Assembly (NCBI GenBank): GCA_020632095.1
Contig: JACKGF010000001.1
Location: forward strand, 930,713 to 994,712
Reading direction: 5' to 3'
DNA from: Candidatus Nomurabacteria bacterium
Lineage (GTDB): Bacteria > Patescibacteriota > Minisyncoccia > Phycocordibacterales > UBA918
DNA length: 64,000 bases
The position numbers and the translations under genes were made by a program. Below, in pieces: positions 9,404-18,506 of the stretch. The stretch's first letter is position 1, and every line of letters starts with the position of its first letter. The notes under the pieces were generated by a model. That model saw only the letters and a program-made list of their open reading frames with translations, searched no databases and was not told where the DNA came from.

Positions 9404-10675
9404 ATGCAAACATTCTTACACAAACTAAAAGTAGTATTTACCGAACCAGCTATCCGTAATCGAGTATTGTTTGTACTCGCAGCGTTGACGGTTTTCCGAA
9501 TGCTAGCAGCAATTCCGATTCCTGGTGTTGATCATGGTGTTCTTGAACAATTCTTCACAGACAATCAATTTCTCGGTTTGCTCAATATCTTCTCTGGTGG
9601 TGGTTTGGCAAACTTGTCGATTGTGATGCTTGGGGTGGGGCCATTTATTACTGGTTCTATCATTATGCAGTTGGCGACAGTGATGTCACCAGCTCTGAAG
9701 AGTATGTACACCGAAGAGGGTGAAGCCGGACGAGCTAAGTTTACTCAGTTTAGCCGTATGCTCACATTACCATTAGCGATTTTGCAAGGTTTTGGATTCT
9801 TGACCCTACTTAAGAGTCAGGGAGTGCTGATGGATTTGTCAGTCTTTGGCTTTACCTTAAACGTTATATTGATTGTAACTGGTTCTGTCCTACTGATGTG
9901 GATTGGTGAACTGATTACTGAATACGGAGTTGGAAACGGTGTCTCGATCATTATCTTCTCAGGTATTGTAGCGAGCCTGCCATCGAACGTTAGTCAGTTA
10001 ATCTTCAATTACGAATCTTCACAATTACCACTTTATGTAGGATTTTCTCTAGTGGCGATTGGAATTATTTACTTAGTGGTAGTGATGACAGAGGCTGAAA
10101 GGCCAGTACCAATTACCTACGCTAAGCAAAGTCGAGGAGGGTCTACGTATGGTTCAAGCTCTTCTTATCTACCGATGCGACTCAATCAAGCGGGAGTGAT
10201 TCCAATCATCTTCGCCCTATCGATTATGCTTTTTCCACAGATGGTATTAAACATCTTGTCTGCCTTTGATTTACCTTGGGTAACCAATGCTAATGAAGTA
10301 GTGACAAGTTTCTTGAATAACCAGTGGGCTTATGGAGCTACGTACTTTGTATTAGTCTTCCTATTTACTTTCTTCTATACCGCTGTCACCTTTGATCCTG
10401 ATGCAGTGTCAAAGAACTTGCAGCGTAGTGGAGGATTTATTCCTGGAATTCGTCCCGGTGCCAATACCTCTGAGTATCTCGGTAACTTGGTGACTAGACT
10501 GACTTTGGTCGGTGCGATGTTTCTCGGTTTGGTAGCGGTGCTTCCGGTCGGTATGCAAATTGCCACTGGAGTTTCAGCGCTAGCGATTGGAGGAACAGCC
10601 GTATTGATTGTGGTGTCAGTGGTGCTTGATTTGATTAGGCGGCTTGATGCTCAGGTCTCCATGCGCGAGTACTAA
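9404..10675 (+). CDS. secY: preprotein translocase subunit SecY
   Basis: 423 aa 10-TM protein, follows rplO as in the spc operon. Confidence 0.9.
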   Translation: MQTFLHKLKVVFTEPAIRNRVLFVLAALTVFRMLAAIPIPGVDHGVLEQFFTDNQFLGLLNIFSGGGLANLSIVMLGVGPFITGSIIMQLATVMSPALKSMYTEEGEAGRAKFTQFSRMLTLPLAILQGFGFLTLLKSQGVLMDLSVFGFTLNVILIVTGSVLLMWIGELITEYGVGNGVSIIIFSGIVASLPSNVSQLIFNYESSQLPLYVGFSLVAIGIIYLVVVMTEAERPVPITYAKQSRGGSTYGSSSSYLPMRLNQAGVIPIIFALSIMLFPQMVLNILSAFDLPWVTNANEVVTSFLNNQWAYGATYFVLVFLFTFFYTAVTFDPDAVSKNLQRSGGFIPGIRPGANTSEYLGNLVTRLTLVGAMFLGLVAVLPVGMQIATGVSALAIGGTAVLIVVSVVLDLIRRLDAQVSMREY

Positions 10676-10813
10676 CAAAATTTCCTAAAATCACTTCATC
10701 TGCGTCGTTGTGTTCGTGAAAAAATTATTCACTGTACAATAAGTACACCTCATAATTTTTTCGCTCCACGCCTCGCACCTAAAGCAATTTTCGAAAATTT
10801 GACTATATAACAA

Positions 10814-10842
10814 AAAGACCCTTCATCGGGGTCTTTTTGTTA
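10814..10842 (+). terminator. rho-independent terminator after secY
   Basis: aaaagaccc-ttcatc-ggggtcttttt hairpin plus T-run. Confidence 0.65.
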
Positions 10843-11510
10843 TACTGGTGCTATGAAAATATTTGTTTCACATACTAAGCAGATTGATTACGAGAATGAG
10901 TTATATAGAACAATCCAAGAATCAGATTTAAGTAGTGTTCATGAATTCTTTTTACCTCACAGTGAATGAAAAAATGTTAATACAAAATCAGAAATACAAT
11001 CATCAGACTTGATGATTGCAGAAGTATCCTGCGTTGCTACCGGCAGCGGTATCGAAATTGGTTGGGCAGGTGCTGCCAGTATTCCATTACTCTGTATCTA
11101 TAAAAGGGTTCTCAACCTTCTGGCTCACTCAAATATATCACTACTAATTTTATCGAATATTCTTCAGCAGAGGAACTGATTCAGAAGATAAGAAAGTTTC
11201 TAAATAATAATTACACCCATTAGCCAAAGTAGATAAATGTCTCAATATGCAAATTAGTGTTGCAAAGGTATAGAAACCTTGCGAGGTGTTGACGATTAAG
11301 CGTGTAATTTTTATGTTTACAAATCTGGTTTAGTTTTAGCGAAAAGTTCACATTAGGTGGTTGTAGCGAACGTAGTTCTCAATTTTACATAATTATATTC
11401 AAAAGTGGGGGAGGAATATGAATACCAATCATCAGATTAAATTCGCAAAAGAAAAAGCCATCACAGATGACCTTTTCAGGTTGTGATGGCTTAGTGGTTT
11501 GCTTCTCAGG

Positions 11511-11951
11511 TCAGCTTCCGTACGCATCCGAGCGTTCTTTTTCCGACATCTTGTACAGAACCTCGTTCTGTTCGTTGATGTAAGTCGAAGCTTTCTTCCA
11601 GTCGAGGGCGTGGCAGATGGTGCCAAGGGCCAACAGGATGTGTCTCAGACACTCAAGCTGCATGCCTGCTGTATAGCAAGCATGGGCGCCCCGCAGTCGC
11701 TGTCCAACACCGAATTCGAGATTGGTCCTGGCGCGATCTTCAGCGCACTCCATATCGGGAGCGAATTCTTCGTTCGTGCAAAAGGCCGTTTCCTGTCCTC
11801 GGATCATGATGTTGTTGGCTTTGACATTGCCGTTGAAAACGGCACGTTGCTGCTCAACTTCACGCTCAGTGGCCTGGCGAAAGAAAAATTCTACAGCAAG
11901 TATGGATACGTTGTTGATGGCGGCGGAAGCTGCTTGAATTGTTTTGAACAT
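11511..11951 (-). CDS. hypothetical protein
   Basis: Minus-strand ORF with strong AAGGAGAA RBS 7 nt upstream of ATG (MFKTIQAAS...); preferred over the overlapping plus-strand ORF 11499-12014, which lacks an RBS. Confidence 0.35.
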   Translation of the reverse strand: MFKTIQAASAAINNVSILAVEFFFRQATEREVEQQRAVFNGNVKANNIMIRGQETAFCTNEEFAPDMECAEDRARTNLEFGVGQRLRGAHACYTAGMQLECLRHILLALGTICHALDWKKASTYINEQNEVLYKMSEKERSDAYGS

Positions 11952-12350
11952 TTTGGTTCTCCTTGTTGTCCAGATGTACGAGGTTTGGTCAATGAAGACC
12001 ATTCGATTGCTTAAACAATAATAGCACTATATTAGAAATATGTCAAGTCAAATTCACACGAATCCTTGATTTACTACCTAAGAAATTATTGAATAATCTA
12101 GTGTAGGCTGATGAATATAATTTGTTACAATAAATAAATGGAAAAAATGAACAAAGTTTTTCATGGTTCGTGTGAAAAATTTGACTCAGAAGAGGCAAGA
12201 CCTTCAAGACAGATTAGGACCTAGGAAGACCAGAATGGTAATGAGATTATTGTATTTGATGAAGAATCTTTTCATACAACACCACACAAATGGATTGCTC
12301 TTGCGTACACAGGAAAGACATTTTCTATTGAGCGTGGAGATATTTGTGGA

Positions 12351-12662
12351 ATGTACAGCATGTCAGTCAACCTATATGAAGATAATAAAAAGATAAAGAT
12401 TATCGGGATTGATTCTCTAGAGGATAGTCTGAAGGTTATATATGGAGAAGGTGGTTATCTTTATCATTTTGATGATGAAACTTTTGTTTATAAAGAAGGA
12501 TTGGGGGATATGGAAGTGGTATCAAATGTTCCAACAAAGCCGATTGAGATGGAAAGAATCGACGATCCGGTGGAGGAAATGAGAAACCTCGGTGTCACAT
12601 TCGAGTTTATAGATATTTCATTACCCGAAAATTCAAGATACAGGATTACTGCATCTACATAA
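12351..12662 (+). CDS. hypothetical protein
   Basis: 103 aa ORF in AT-rich inserted block, no recognisable motif. Confidence 0.25.
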   Translation: MYSMSVNLYEDNKKIKIIGIDSLEDSLKVIYGEGGYLYHFDDETFVYKEGLGDMEVVSNVPTKPIEMERIDDPVEEMRNLGVTFEFIDISLPENSRYRITAST

Positions 12663-12697
12663 TCTGGTTAAGAAAGTGACTCATCAGGTTTGTGCAG

Positions 12698-13783
12698 CTA
12701 TTGCTGGGGTCTGTAATCAATTGGGGGGCAGGGAGGAGCTTTTTGAGATTCTTCGTGGGTTAAGAAGTTAACTTTTGTGCCGTAGAAGTTTTCATAAGCC
12801 TTAACTAATTTTGGTAATTCGGTTTGTAGATAGGAGGTTTTTTCATTTCCGTCAAGTTTAGCAGCATAGTCGCGAATTTCAAATGCTAAATTAGAGGTGG
12901 CCCTAGTGGAGACGTTGGCAATTTTCTTGGCCATTGTTTTAAGTATAAGGTTCACACTTTCACCAATTACCCCGTCTTTCATCAATAGACCAAATGTCTT
13001 ACCGACTTCAAAGTTATTGGCTTCGGGAATTATCTCTACCATTTCCCAAAGTGTGTTGGCTATCTGTTCTGGTGATAATGTATCAATCTCGTGTCCTTTG
13101 TCTGACATGAGTATTCGTAGCTCATTGAATGTTGTATTTGGTTGAGAATCATTTACGATTCTATCTAGCCAATTTCTAACTGTGTTTATAAGTTCTATGC
13201 GTTCTGGTTCAATCTCAGAAGCAATGTTTTTCGCTACTAATTCAGGATTATAGCCTTCATAATACCAAATACCATTTGTGTCAGCCATCATGCCAGCTAC
13301 ACTTACATGGTCTGAGAAAACAGAGGATGGTCCTTCTGATAATTCATTAACATAATTCACAAATTTAGGTAATTGGCTTACGTCAATATAGCTGGGCCCA
13401 GGGGTTATATTATTTGAGGTCGGGTGAGTGTGACCAATACAAATACGCTCAATACTTTTTTCAGAATTATCTTTTTGTGCTGCCTCCACAGTTTCATCGA
13501 ATTCAATTTGCCCGGTATTCTTGCTGTGTTCCTGAGGACTTATCCAGGCTCCCGATGACTTGGTCTTTAGATATAAATAACTCCACTCGTTGTCTTCGTG
13601 ATTAGCAGTCATCTCAATCCTTTTGATTCCATCATACCAATCAGTTCCATTTGGAAATTCCAGAGCGTCGGCTTTTTGGGGTAAAGCTAACATGACTGCT
13701 CCAATGAGCGCGTACATTATCTGTCTTTTGTGCTCCGGACTTTCAAGATCTTTGTGTGTATGAAAAGCTTGAAATTCTTTCAT
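12698..13783 (-). CDS. secreted hypothetical protein with HxH...SxxD metal-site-like motif
   Basis: 361 aa, N-terminal signal-like hydrophobic segment, NHEDNEW then IGHTHPTSNNITPGPSYID resembling a JAMM/MPN-like HxH-S-D arrangement with non-canonical spacing. Confidence 0.35.
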   Translation of the reverse strand: MKEFQAFHTHKDLESPEHKRQIMYALIGAVMLALPQKADALEFPNGTDWYDGIKRIEMTANHEDNEWSYLYLKTKSSGAWISPQEHSKNTGQIEFDETVEAAQKDNSEKSIERICIGHTHPTSNNITPGPSYIDVSQLPKFVNYVNELSEGPSSVFSDHVSVAGMMADTNGIWYYEGYNPELVAKNIASEIEPERIELINTVRNWLDRIVNDSQPNTTFNELRILMSDKGHEIDTLSPEQIANTLWEMVEIIPEANNFEVGKTFGLLMKDGVIGESVNLILKTMAKKIANVSTRATSNLAFEIRDYAAKLDGNEKTSYLQTELPKLVKAYENFYGTKVNFLTHEESQKAPPCPPIDYRPQQ

Positions 13784-13788
13784 AATTT

Positions 13789-14436
13789 CTAATACTGATT
13801 CTTATAAGAATACCCAAGTGGAACAGAGTTGTGACGTTGTTCCCAGATTTCGGAGTCGAGCCAGTCTTTGTAGGCGTCGAAGACGGCGATGGCGACTGAC
13901 TGAGGATTTTGGCGGGAGGTGTCAATAACCAGATCGAAGTGGTTGCTATCGTAAGGGTTTACACCGTAAAGTTTTTTGAAGCGATTTTGTTCGGTCAACA
14001 TTCTTTCTCGAACTTGTCTTGAGACTTCGGTCAAGGAAGAGGAGTTAGTTCCGACTGATTTACGCGCGTTGTTACTTACTGCATCTTTAAAAATACGAGC
14101 AGTAGCGATATCTAGATCTAAGTCCAGATAAACTTTAAAGGACTCAGGTAGCCAGTAGAAACCGAGACGAGAGTCAACCACAATGTCACTTTTGGTTCTT
14201 AAGTTGCGAAGTTTTTCATCAACTTTTGCGTCGAAGGCATGGTCATCATTGGCGAGTTCGTTGTACTTTTCGAGAGTCATTCCAGATTGGCTAAGTACTT
14301 GCCGCACCATGTCGCCGGATGAGTGGCGGGTGTAGCCGAGTAATTCTGCTACTTTATCTGCGGTTGATGATTTGCCACTACCAGGCTTACCCGAAATTGT
14401 GATGATGTGTGGTTTTTTCATATTCGCCAATAGCAT
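13789..14436 (-). CDS. P-loop nucleoside monophosphate kinase, cytidylate kinase-like
   Basis: ITISGKPGSGKSSTADKVAELLGY Walker A and cmk-like downstream motifs; start chosen at internal Met (MLLANMKKPH) to avoid overlap with divergent gene. Confidence 0.5.
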   Translation of the reverse strand: MLLANMKKPHIITISGKPGSGKSSTADKVAELLGYTRHSSGDMVRQVLSQSGMTLEKYNELANDDHAFDAKVDEKLRNLRTKSDIVVDSRLGFYWLPESFKVYLDLDLDIATARIFKDAVSNNARKSVGTNSSSLTEVSRQVRERMLTEQNRFKKLYGVNPYDSNHFDLVIDTSRQNPQSVAIAVFDAYKDWLDSEIWEQRHNSVPLGYSYKNQY

Positions 14437-14484
14437 ATCACACAGTTGCACTATAGTTAAAAAGTTGGTAACCTCCTTTAGTCT

Positions 14485-15057
14485 ATGGAATATTCGACTA
14501 AATATCAAAGCGTTGTTTTAATGGGAAAAATTGCTTCTGGTAAGGGTACTCAAGCAGATTTAATATTAAACCACTTTGGTGGAACTCTTTATTCAAATGG
14601 AAATAAGGTGCGAGAATCAGCTCAGCTTCCTACTCCTTTTGGCAGGAAGATGAAGGAGATGTATGAAGGAGGGTACTTAATGCCAGAGTGGATCGCTTCA
14701 TACTGGATGACTCATGCTCTTGTGTCACAATATCAATCAGAACGAGTGGTTTTTGAGGCGGTGGCCAAAAAGCCTAATGAAGCGGAATTGTTTCATGAAA
14801 TTCACGAATGGATAGATCGGCAATACGTGGTTTTTAATTTAGATATTTCTGACGAGTTGGTAAAGGCACGAAGTCTAGCACGAGCGCGCGACGTGGTGGA
14901 TTCGGAAAAGTCAGTTGCTAAGCGACTCGAAGAATATCATACTTATACTGCTCATTCGATAGAATTTTTCCGGAACAAAGGTACCTTGATAGATATCGAT
15001 GGAACCAAGTCGCCAGACGAGGTAAAAGAACAAATTTTTACGTATTTAAATTCATAA
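14485..15057 (+). CDS. adenylate kinase-family protein (divergent paralog)
   Basis: GKIASGKGTQ P-loop typical of adenylate kinases, 190 aa. Confidence 0.5.
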   Translation: MEYSTKYQSVVLMGKIASGKGTQADLILNHFGGTLYSNGNKVRESAQLPTPFGRKMKEMYEGGYLMPEWIASYWMTHALVSQYQSERVVFEAVAKKPNEAELFHEIHEWIDRQYVVFNLDISDELVKARSLARARDVVDSEKSVAKRLEEYHTYTAHSIEFFRNKGTLIDIDGTKSPDEVKEQIFTYLNS

Positions 15058-15059
15058 AC

Positions 15060-15659
15060 ATGCAACCAATCACAGTTATTTTTATCGGTCCACAAGGCAG
15101 TGGAAAAGGAACCCAAATCGAGCGACTCGATAAAGTAATTGCAGAAGTCGACCCGCTAAGAAGAGTGGTAGATATTCAGACTGGTCGTCGCTTTCGTGCG
15201 TTGGCAGCTAGACAAGAAACTTTTGCTGAAAAGAAAGTGGCGCGTGGATTGGTTACTGGTGAACTCCAGCCAGATTTTCTGACACATATTCTCTGGGGGC
15301 AAGCGATGTTAACTCAGTTAGATGCCAAGAGTCACTTGTTTATTGATGGGTTTCCTCGAACTGTGATTCAAGCGAAGGTGTTGGAAGAAGCGCTGGTTTT
15401 CTTTGAGCGAGAAAATGTACATATTATAAATCTCGATACGCCAGAAGATATTGTGCGTCGCCGTATGCAAGGTCGGGCTCGAGAAGACGATACAGTCGAC
15501 TCTATCGAAACTCGTCTGCGTTGGTACCGAGAGGATACTTTGCCAGTATTAGATTATTACCGAGCCAGAGCCGACACTTTCGTACACGATATCAACGGTA
15601 CCGATTCGATTGAAGGTGTGCATCAACAAATCCTAAAAGCACTAAATATTTCACAATGA
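15060..15659 (+). CDS. adk: adenylate kinase
   Basis: IFIGPQGSGKGTQ P-loop, 199 aa, position before map as in spc/alpha region. Confidence 0.75.
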   Translation: MQPITVIFIGPQGSGKGTQIERLDKVIAEVDPLRRVVDIQTGRRFRALAARQETFAEKKVARGLVTGELQPDFLTHILWGQAMLTQLDAKSHLFIDGFPRTVIQAKVLEEALVFFERENVHIINLDTPEDIVRRRMQGRAREDDTVDSIETRLRWYREDTLPVLDYYRARADTFVHDINGTDSIEGVHQQILKALNISQ

Positions 15660-16426
15660 TTACTAAAAAATCTCCCGAGGAAATAGAGGTTTTAAAAGCC
15701 GGTGGGAAGCTGTTGGCAATGTTTTTGAAGGAAATTACTAAAGAGGCGGTACCAGGGGCGACCACTCTTTCACTTGATGATCGAGCGATGGAACTAGTTG
15801 AAGAGTATGGGGTTGAACCGATTTTGCTTGGTTACCACCCTGACTTTGCAGATCGACCATATCCAGCCGCGGTTTGTATTTCGGTTAATAATTGCGTGCA
15901 ACATGGTATTCCCTCTGAAGAAGTAGTTTTGCAAGAAGGTGACGTAGTGAATATCGACATGTCGATTGCTTATGAAGGAATGGTGGTAGACTCGGGTATT
16001 ACAGTTGGTGTTGGTGAGATTGATGATGAGGCGAAAAAATTAATCGCCGTTACTCAAGAAGCGTTAGCTCATGGTATCAAGGCTGCTAAGCCGGGGGGTC
16101 ATATAGGAGATATTAGTGCGGCGGTGCAGAAGTTTGTCGAGTCGCGGGGAATGTCTGTTGTGCAGGTGCTTTGTGGTCACGGGGTAGGTTACGAAATACA
16201 TGAAGAACCAACCATTCCCAACTTCGGTAAGGCTGGTACTGGCCCTCTAATCGAGGCTGGTCACGTCTACGCGATTGAACCAATTGTTAATGTCGGCAAG
16301 CCTGAAGTCTGGTTTGATGACGAAGGGGATGGATACAGCGTCTACACCCAAGATGACTCCTGGAGTGCCCATTTTGAACACACAGTAGCCATCACCAAGG
16401 ACGGCCCGGTTATTTTGACTAAGTAA
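15656..16426 (+). CDS. map: type I methionine aminopeptidase
   Basis: 256 aa; pita-bread fold motifs (GHGVGYEIHEEP, metal-ligand D/E/H pattern). Confidence 0.85.
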   Translation: MITKKSPEEIEVLKAGGKLLAMFLKEITKEAVPGATTLSLDDRAMELVEEYGVEPILLGYHPDFADRPYPAAVCISVNNCVQHGIPSEEVVLQEGDVVNIDMSIAYEGMVVDSGITVGVGEIDDEAKKLIAVTQEALAHGIKAAKPGGHIGDISAAVQKFVESRGMSVVQVLCGHGVGYEIHEEPTIPNFGKAGTGPLIEAGHVYAIEPIVNVGKPEVWFDDEGDGYSVYTQDDSWSAHFEHTVAITKDGPVILTK

Positions 16427-16467
16427 ATTTGCTTGCAGTCCACAATCCAAAATGATCTAATTGGTCT

Positions 16468-17232
16468 GTGGAGCTAAACTTTAAACAAAATATAACTGCC
16501 CAGTATAAAAGCCAAGCACAGGTGGCTAGAGTTTTGACTGAGGATTGGGTTTTAAGCGAAATATATTGCCCTAATTGTGGTGGAAGTTTGGCTGGTTATA
16601 TAAATAATAAACCCGTTGCTGATTTCTATTGCTTGAAGTGTGCTGAAGACTTTGAATTGAAATCAAAGAAAGGGAAAATCGGCAGTAAAGTAACGGCGGG
16701 TGCTTACAGTGAAATGATTAAGCGTATTGGTTCCAGTCAGAGGCCAAACTTTTTCTTTTTAGCGAGACAAGAATCCGTATCGGTTACTGATTTATTTGTT
16801 GTCCCAAAATATTTTTTTGTCCCCGGCATTATTGAGAAAAGAAAACCGCTTAGAGAAAATGCTAAGAGGGCAGGGTGGGTTGGTTCAAATATCTTGTTCT
16901 CAAAAATACCGTTTGCCGGACAAATTCATTATGTAAAAGATGGTGTAGAGATATTGAAAGAAGAAGTTTTAGATAAATGGAACAAAACGAAATTTCTTAA
17001 GGCGGTTCAACGTCCAGAATCGAAAGGATGGATTTTAGATATTATGAATTGCATTGATGAGTTAAAAAAGAATGAATTTTCGTTATCAGACTTGTATGAG
17101 TTTGAAAAAGCTTTACACGAAATTCATCCCAATAACAAAAATGTAAAACCAAAGATAAGACAACAACTTCAATTCTTACGTGATAAAAGATATTTAGAGT
17201 TTGTAGGGGAAGGTAGATATCGATTAGTTTGA
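16468..17232 (+). CDS. DpnI-like (Dam-replacing family) methyl-directed restriction endonuclease
   Basis: 254 aa; N-terminal CPNCG...CLKC zinc motif with D...ELK PD-(D/E)XK-like triad (ADFYCLKCAEDFELKSKKG) and C-terminal winged-helix-like RQQLQFLRDKRYLEFVGEGRYRL, matching DpnI architecture as I recall it. Confidence 0.5.
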   Translation: MELNFKQNITAQYKSQAQVARVLTEDWVLSEIYCPNCGGSLAGYINNKPVADFYCLKCAEDFELKSKKGKIGSKVTAGAYSEMIKRIGSSQRPNFFFLARQESVSVTDLFVVPKYFFVPGIIEKRKPLRENAKRAGWVGSNILFSKIPFAGQIHYVKDGVEILKEEVLDKWNKTKFLKAVQRPESKGWILDIMNCIDELKKNEFSLSDLYEFEKALHEIHPNNKNVKPKIRQQLQFLRDKRYLEFVGEGRYRLV

Positions 17233-17293
17233 TTAGTGATGTTCTGGGGATAATACACTTGATCTAATTTTAAGAACGATCAATGATCGGGAT

Positions 17294-17497
17294 GTGAATA
17301 AAATAATTCAAAAGTTTTCTTGTCACGCTTGTCAGTATTGTGGATCAGAGCAGAAATTGGTAGAGACACTTATTGATGATGAGTTTTTTTGGAATGAGTC
17401 AGAAAAAAGATATGAACCAAACAAATTTACAAATAATTTTGAACACACTGGTAATGATAGGTGTTCTCTGTGTGAAGCAGACTGGAGTGGTTTATAG
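17294..17497 (+). CDS. small Cys-rich (zinc-ribbon-like) protein
   Basis: 67 aa, CHACQYC ... CSLCE. Confidence 0.3.
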   Translation: MNKIIQKFSCHACQYCGSEQKLVETLIDDEFFWNESEKRYEPNKFTNNFEHTGNDRCSLCEADWSGL

Positions 17498-17585
17498 GTT
17501 GAATTGTTTAAAAAGGGTCGAAAAATACTTTGTATTTTTCGACCCTTAGGCTATACTGCACGCATAAATTTTAAGGTTTATTTAT

Positions 17586-18191
17586 ATGACAAAACATCCA
17601 AATCAAGAGCGATCATTAGTACTACTGAAGACAGATGCTGTCCAACGCAGTCTAGTAGGTGAGATTATCAAGCGGTTTGAGCAAACTGGTCTGAAGATCA
17701 GTGCCATGAAAATGGTTGAAGCCACCGAAGCTCAATTACTCACTCACTACAACAAGAGTGATGAATGGTACGAGAAGAAAGGGAAAGGAATTGTTGAAGA
17801 GTTGAAGTCACGAGGGGTGGAAGTAGAAAAGGAAGCGATTGAGTACGGTAAGGATATTATTCGTACTGTAGTGAAGTACATGATGGTTAGTCCAGTGGTT
17901 GCGATTGTGTTTGAAGGGAACAAGGCAGTATCTGTGGTGACTAAGATTGTTGGTACGACTGAGCCTGCGACTTCCGATGTGGGAACTATCCGCGGTGACT
18001 ATACTGTCGATTCCTATGGACATGCTACTTACGAAAATAGAGCCGTTCGCAACCTGATTCATCAGTCAGAGTCTCCAGAAGAAGCTGAACGAGAAATCGC
18101 AATTTGGTTTAAAGAAGAGGAAATTATGCAGTACACCACTGCTCAAGAGAGAATACTTTACGACGTAAATCTTGACGGTTCGCCAGAGTAA
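17586..18191 (+). CDS. ndk: nucleoside diphosphate kinase with C-terminal extension
   Basis: LVLLKTDAVQRSLVGEIIKRFEQTGLKI NDK N-terminus, 201 aa. Confidence 0.8.
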   Translation: MTKHPNQERSLVLLKTDAVQRSLVGEIIKRFEQTGLKISAMKMVEATEAQLLTHYNKSDEWYEKKGKGIVEELKSRGVEVEKEAIEYGKDIIRTVVKYMMVSPVVAIVFEGNKAVSVVTKIVGTTEPATSDVGTIRGDYTVDSYGHATYENRAVRNLIHQSESPEEAEREIAIWFKEEEIMQYTTAQERILYDVNLDGSPE

Positions 18192-18216
18192 ATTCGTAGT
18201 TTATTATGCACAGCGG

Positions 18217-18250
18217 TGGCCCCTTTGGGGCCACCGCTGTTCTGATATAA
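18217..18250 (+). terminator. hairpin terminator after ndk
   Basis: gcggtggcccctttggggccaccgc perfect hairpin, weak T-tract. Confidence 0.45.
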
Positions 18251-18264
18251 TACGAAGTGGAACC

Positions 18265-18440
18265 ACATTACGTATGTTCCGATTACATAGCGTAAGGGCT
18301 GCCAGCAGTCGCGAGGAGTAATGAGAATCCATTCGGAATTTCAGACACGAATCGGAAATGGTGCCCACCTGATTTTTTAAGTCAGGAGCATACGTTAGTG
18401 GTTCCCTAGAAAAAACATCTCTCCGAGGTGTTTTTTCTTT
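18265..18440 (+). ncRNA. candidate structured small RNA (unclassified, 6S-like closed architecture?)
   Basis: Extended -10 TGaTATAAT at 18248-18257; about 175 nt later a hairpin plus T-run terminator (18407-18440); long-range complementarity GUGGAACCAC...GUGGUUCC and ACGUAUG...CAUACGU closes the molecule. Confidence 0.25.
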
Positions 18441-18506
18441 TGATATTGACTTTTTGGTAAAATCTTTTATAGTCAACTATAGTTAGTTGCTTGGTGTATT
18501 TCCATT

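Noticed and set aside
11499-12014. 171-aa plus-strand ORF
   Set aside because: Fully overlapped by a minus-strand ORF that has a strong AAGGAGAA RBS; the plus ORF has none
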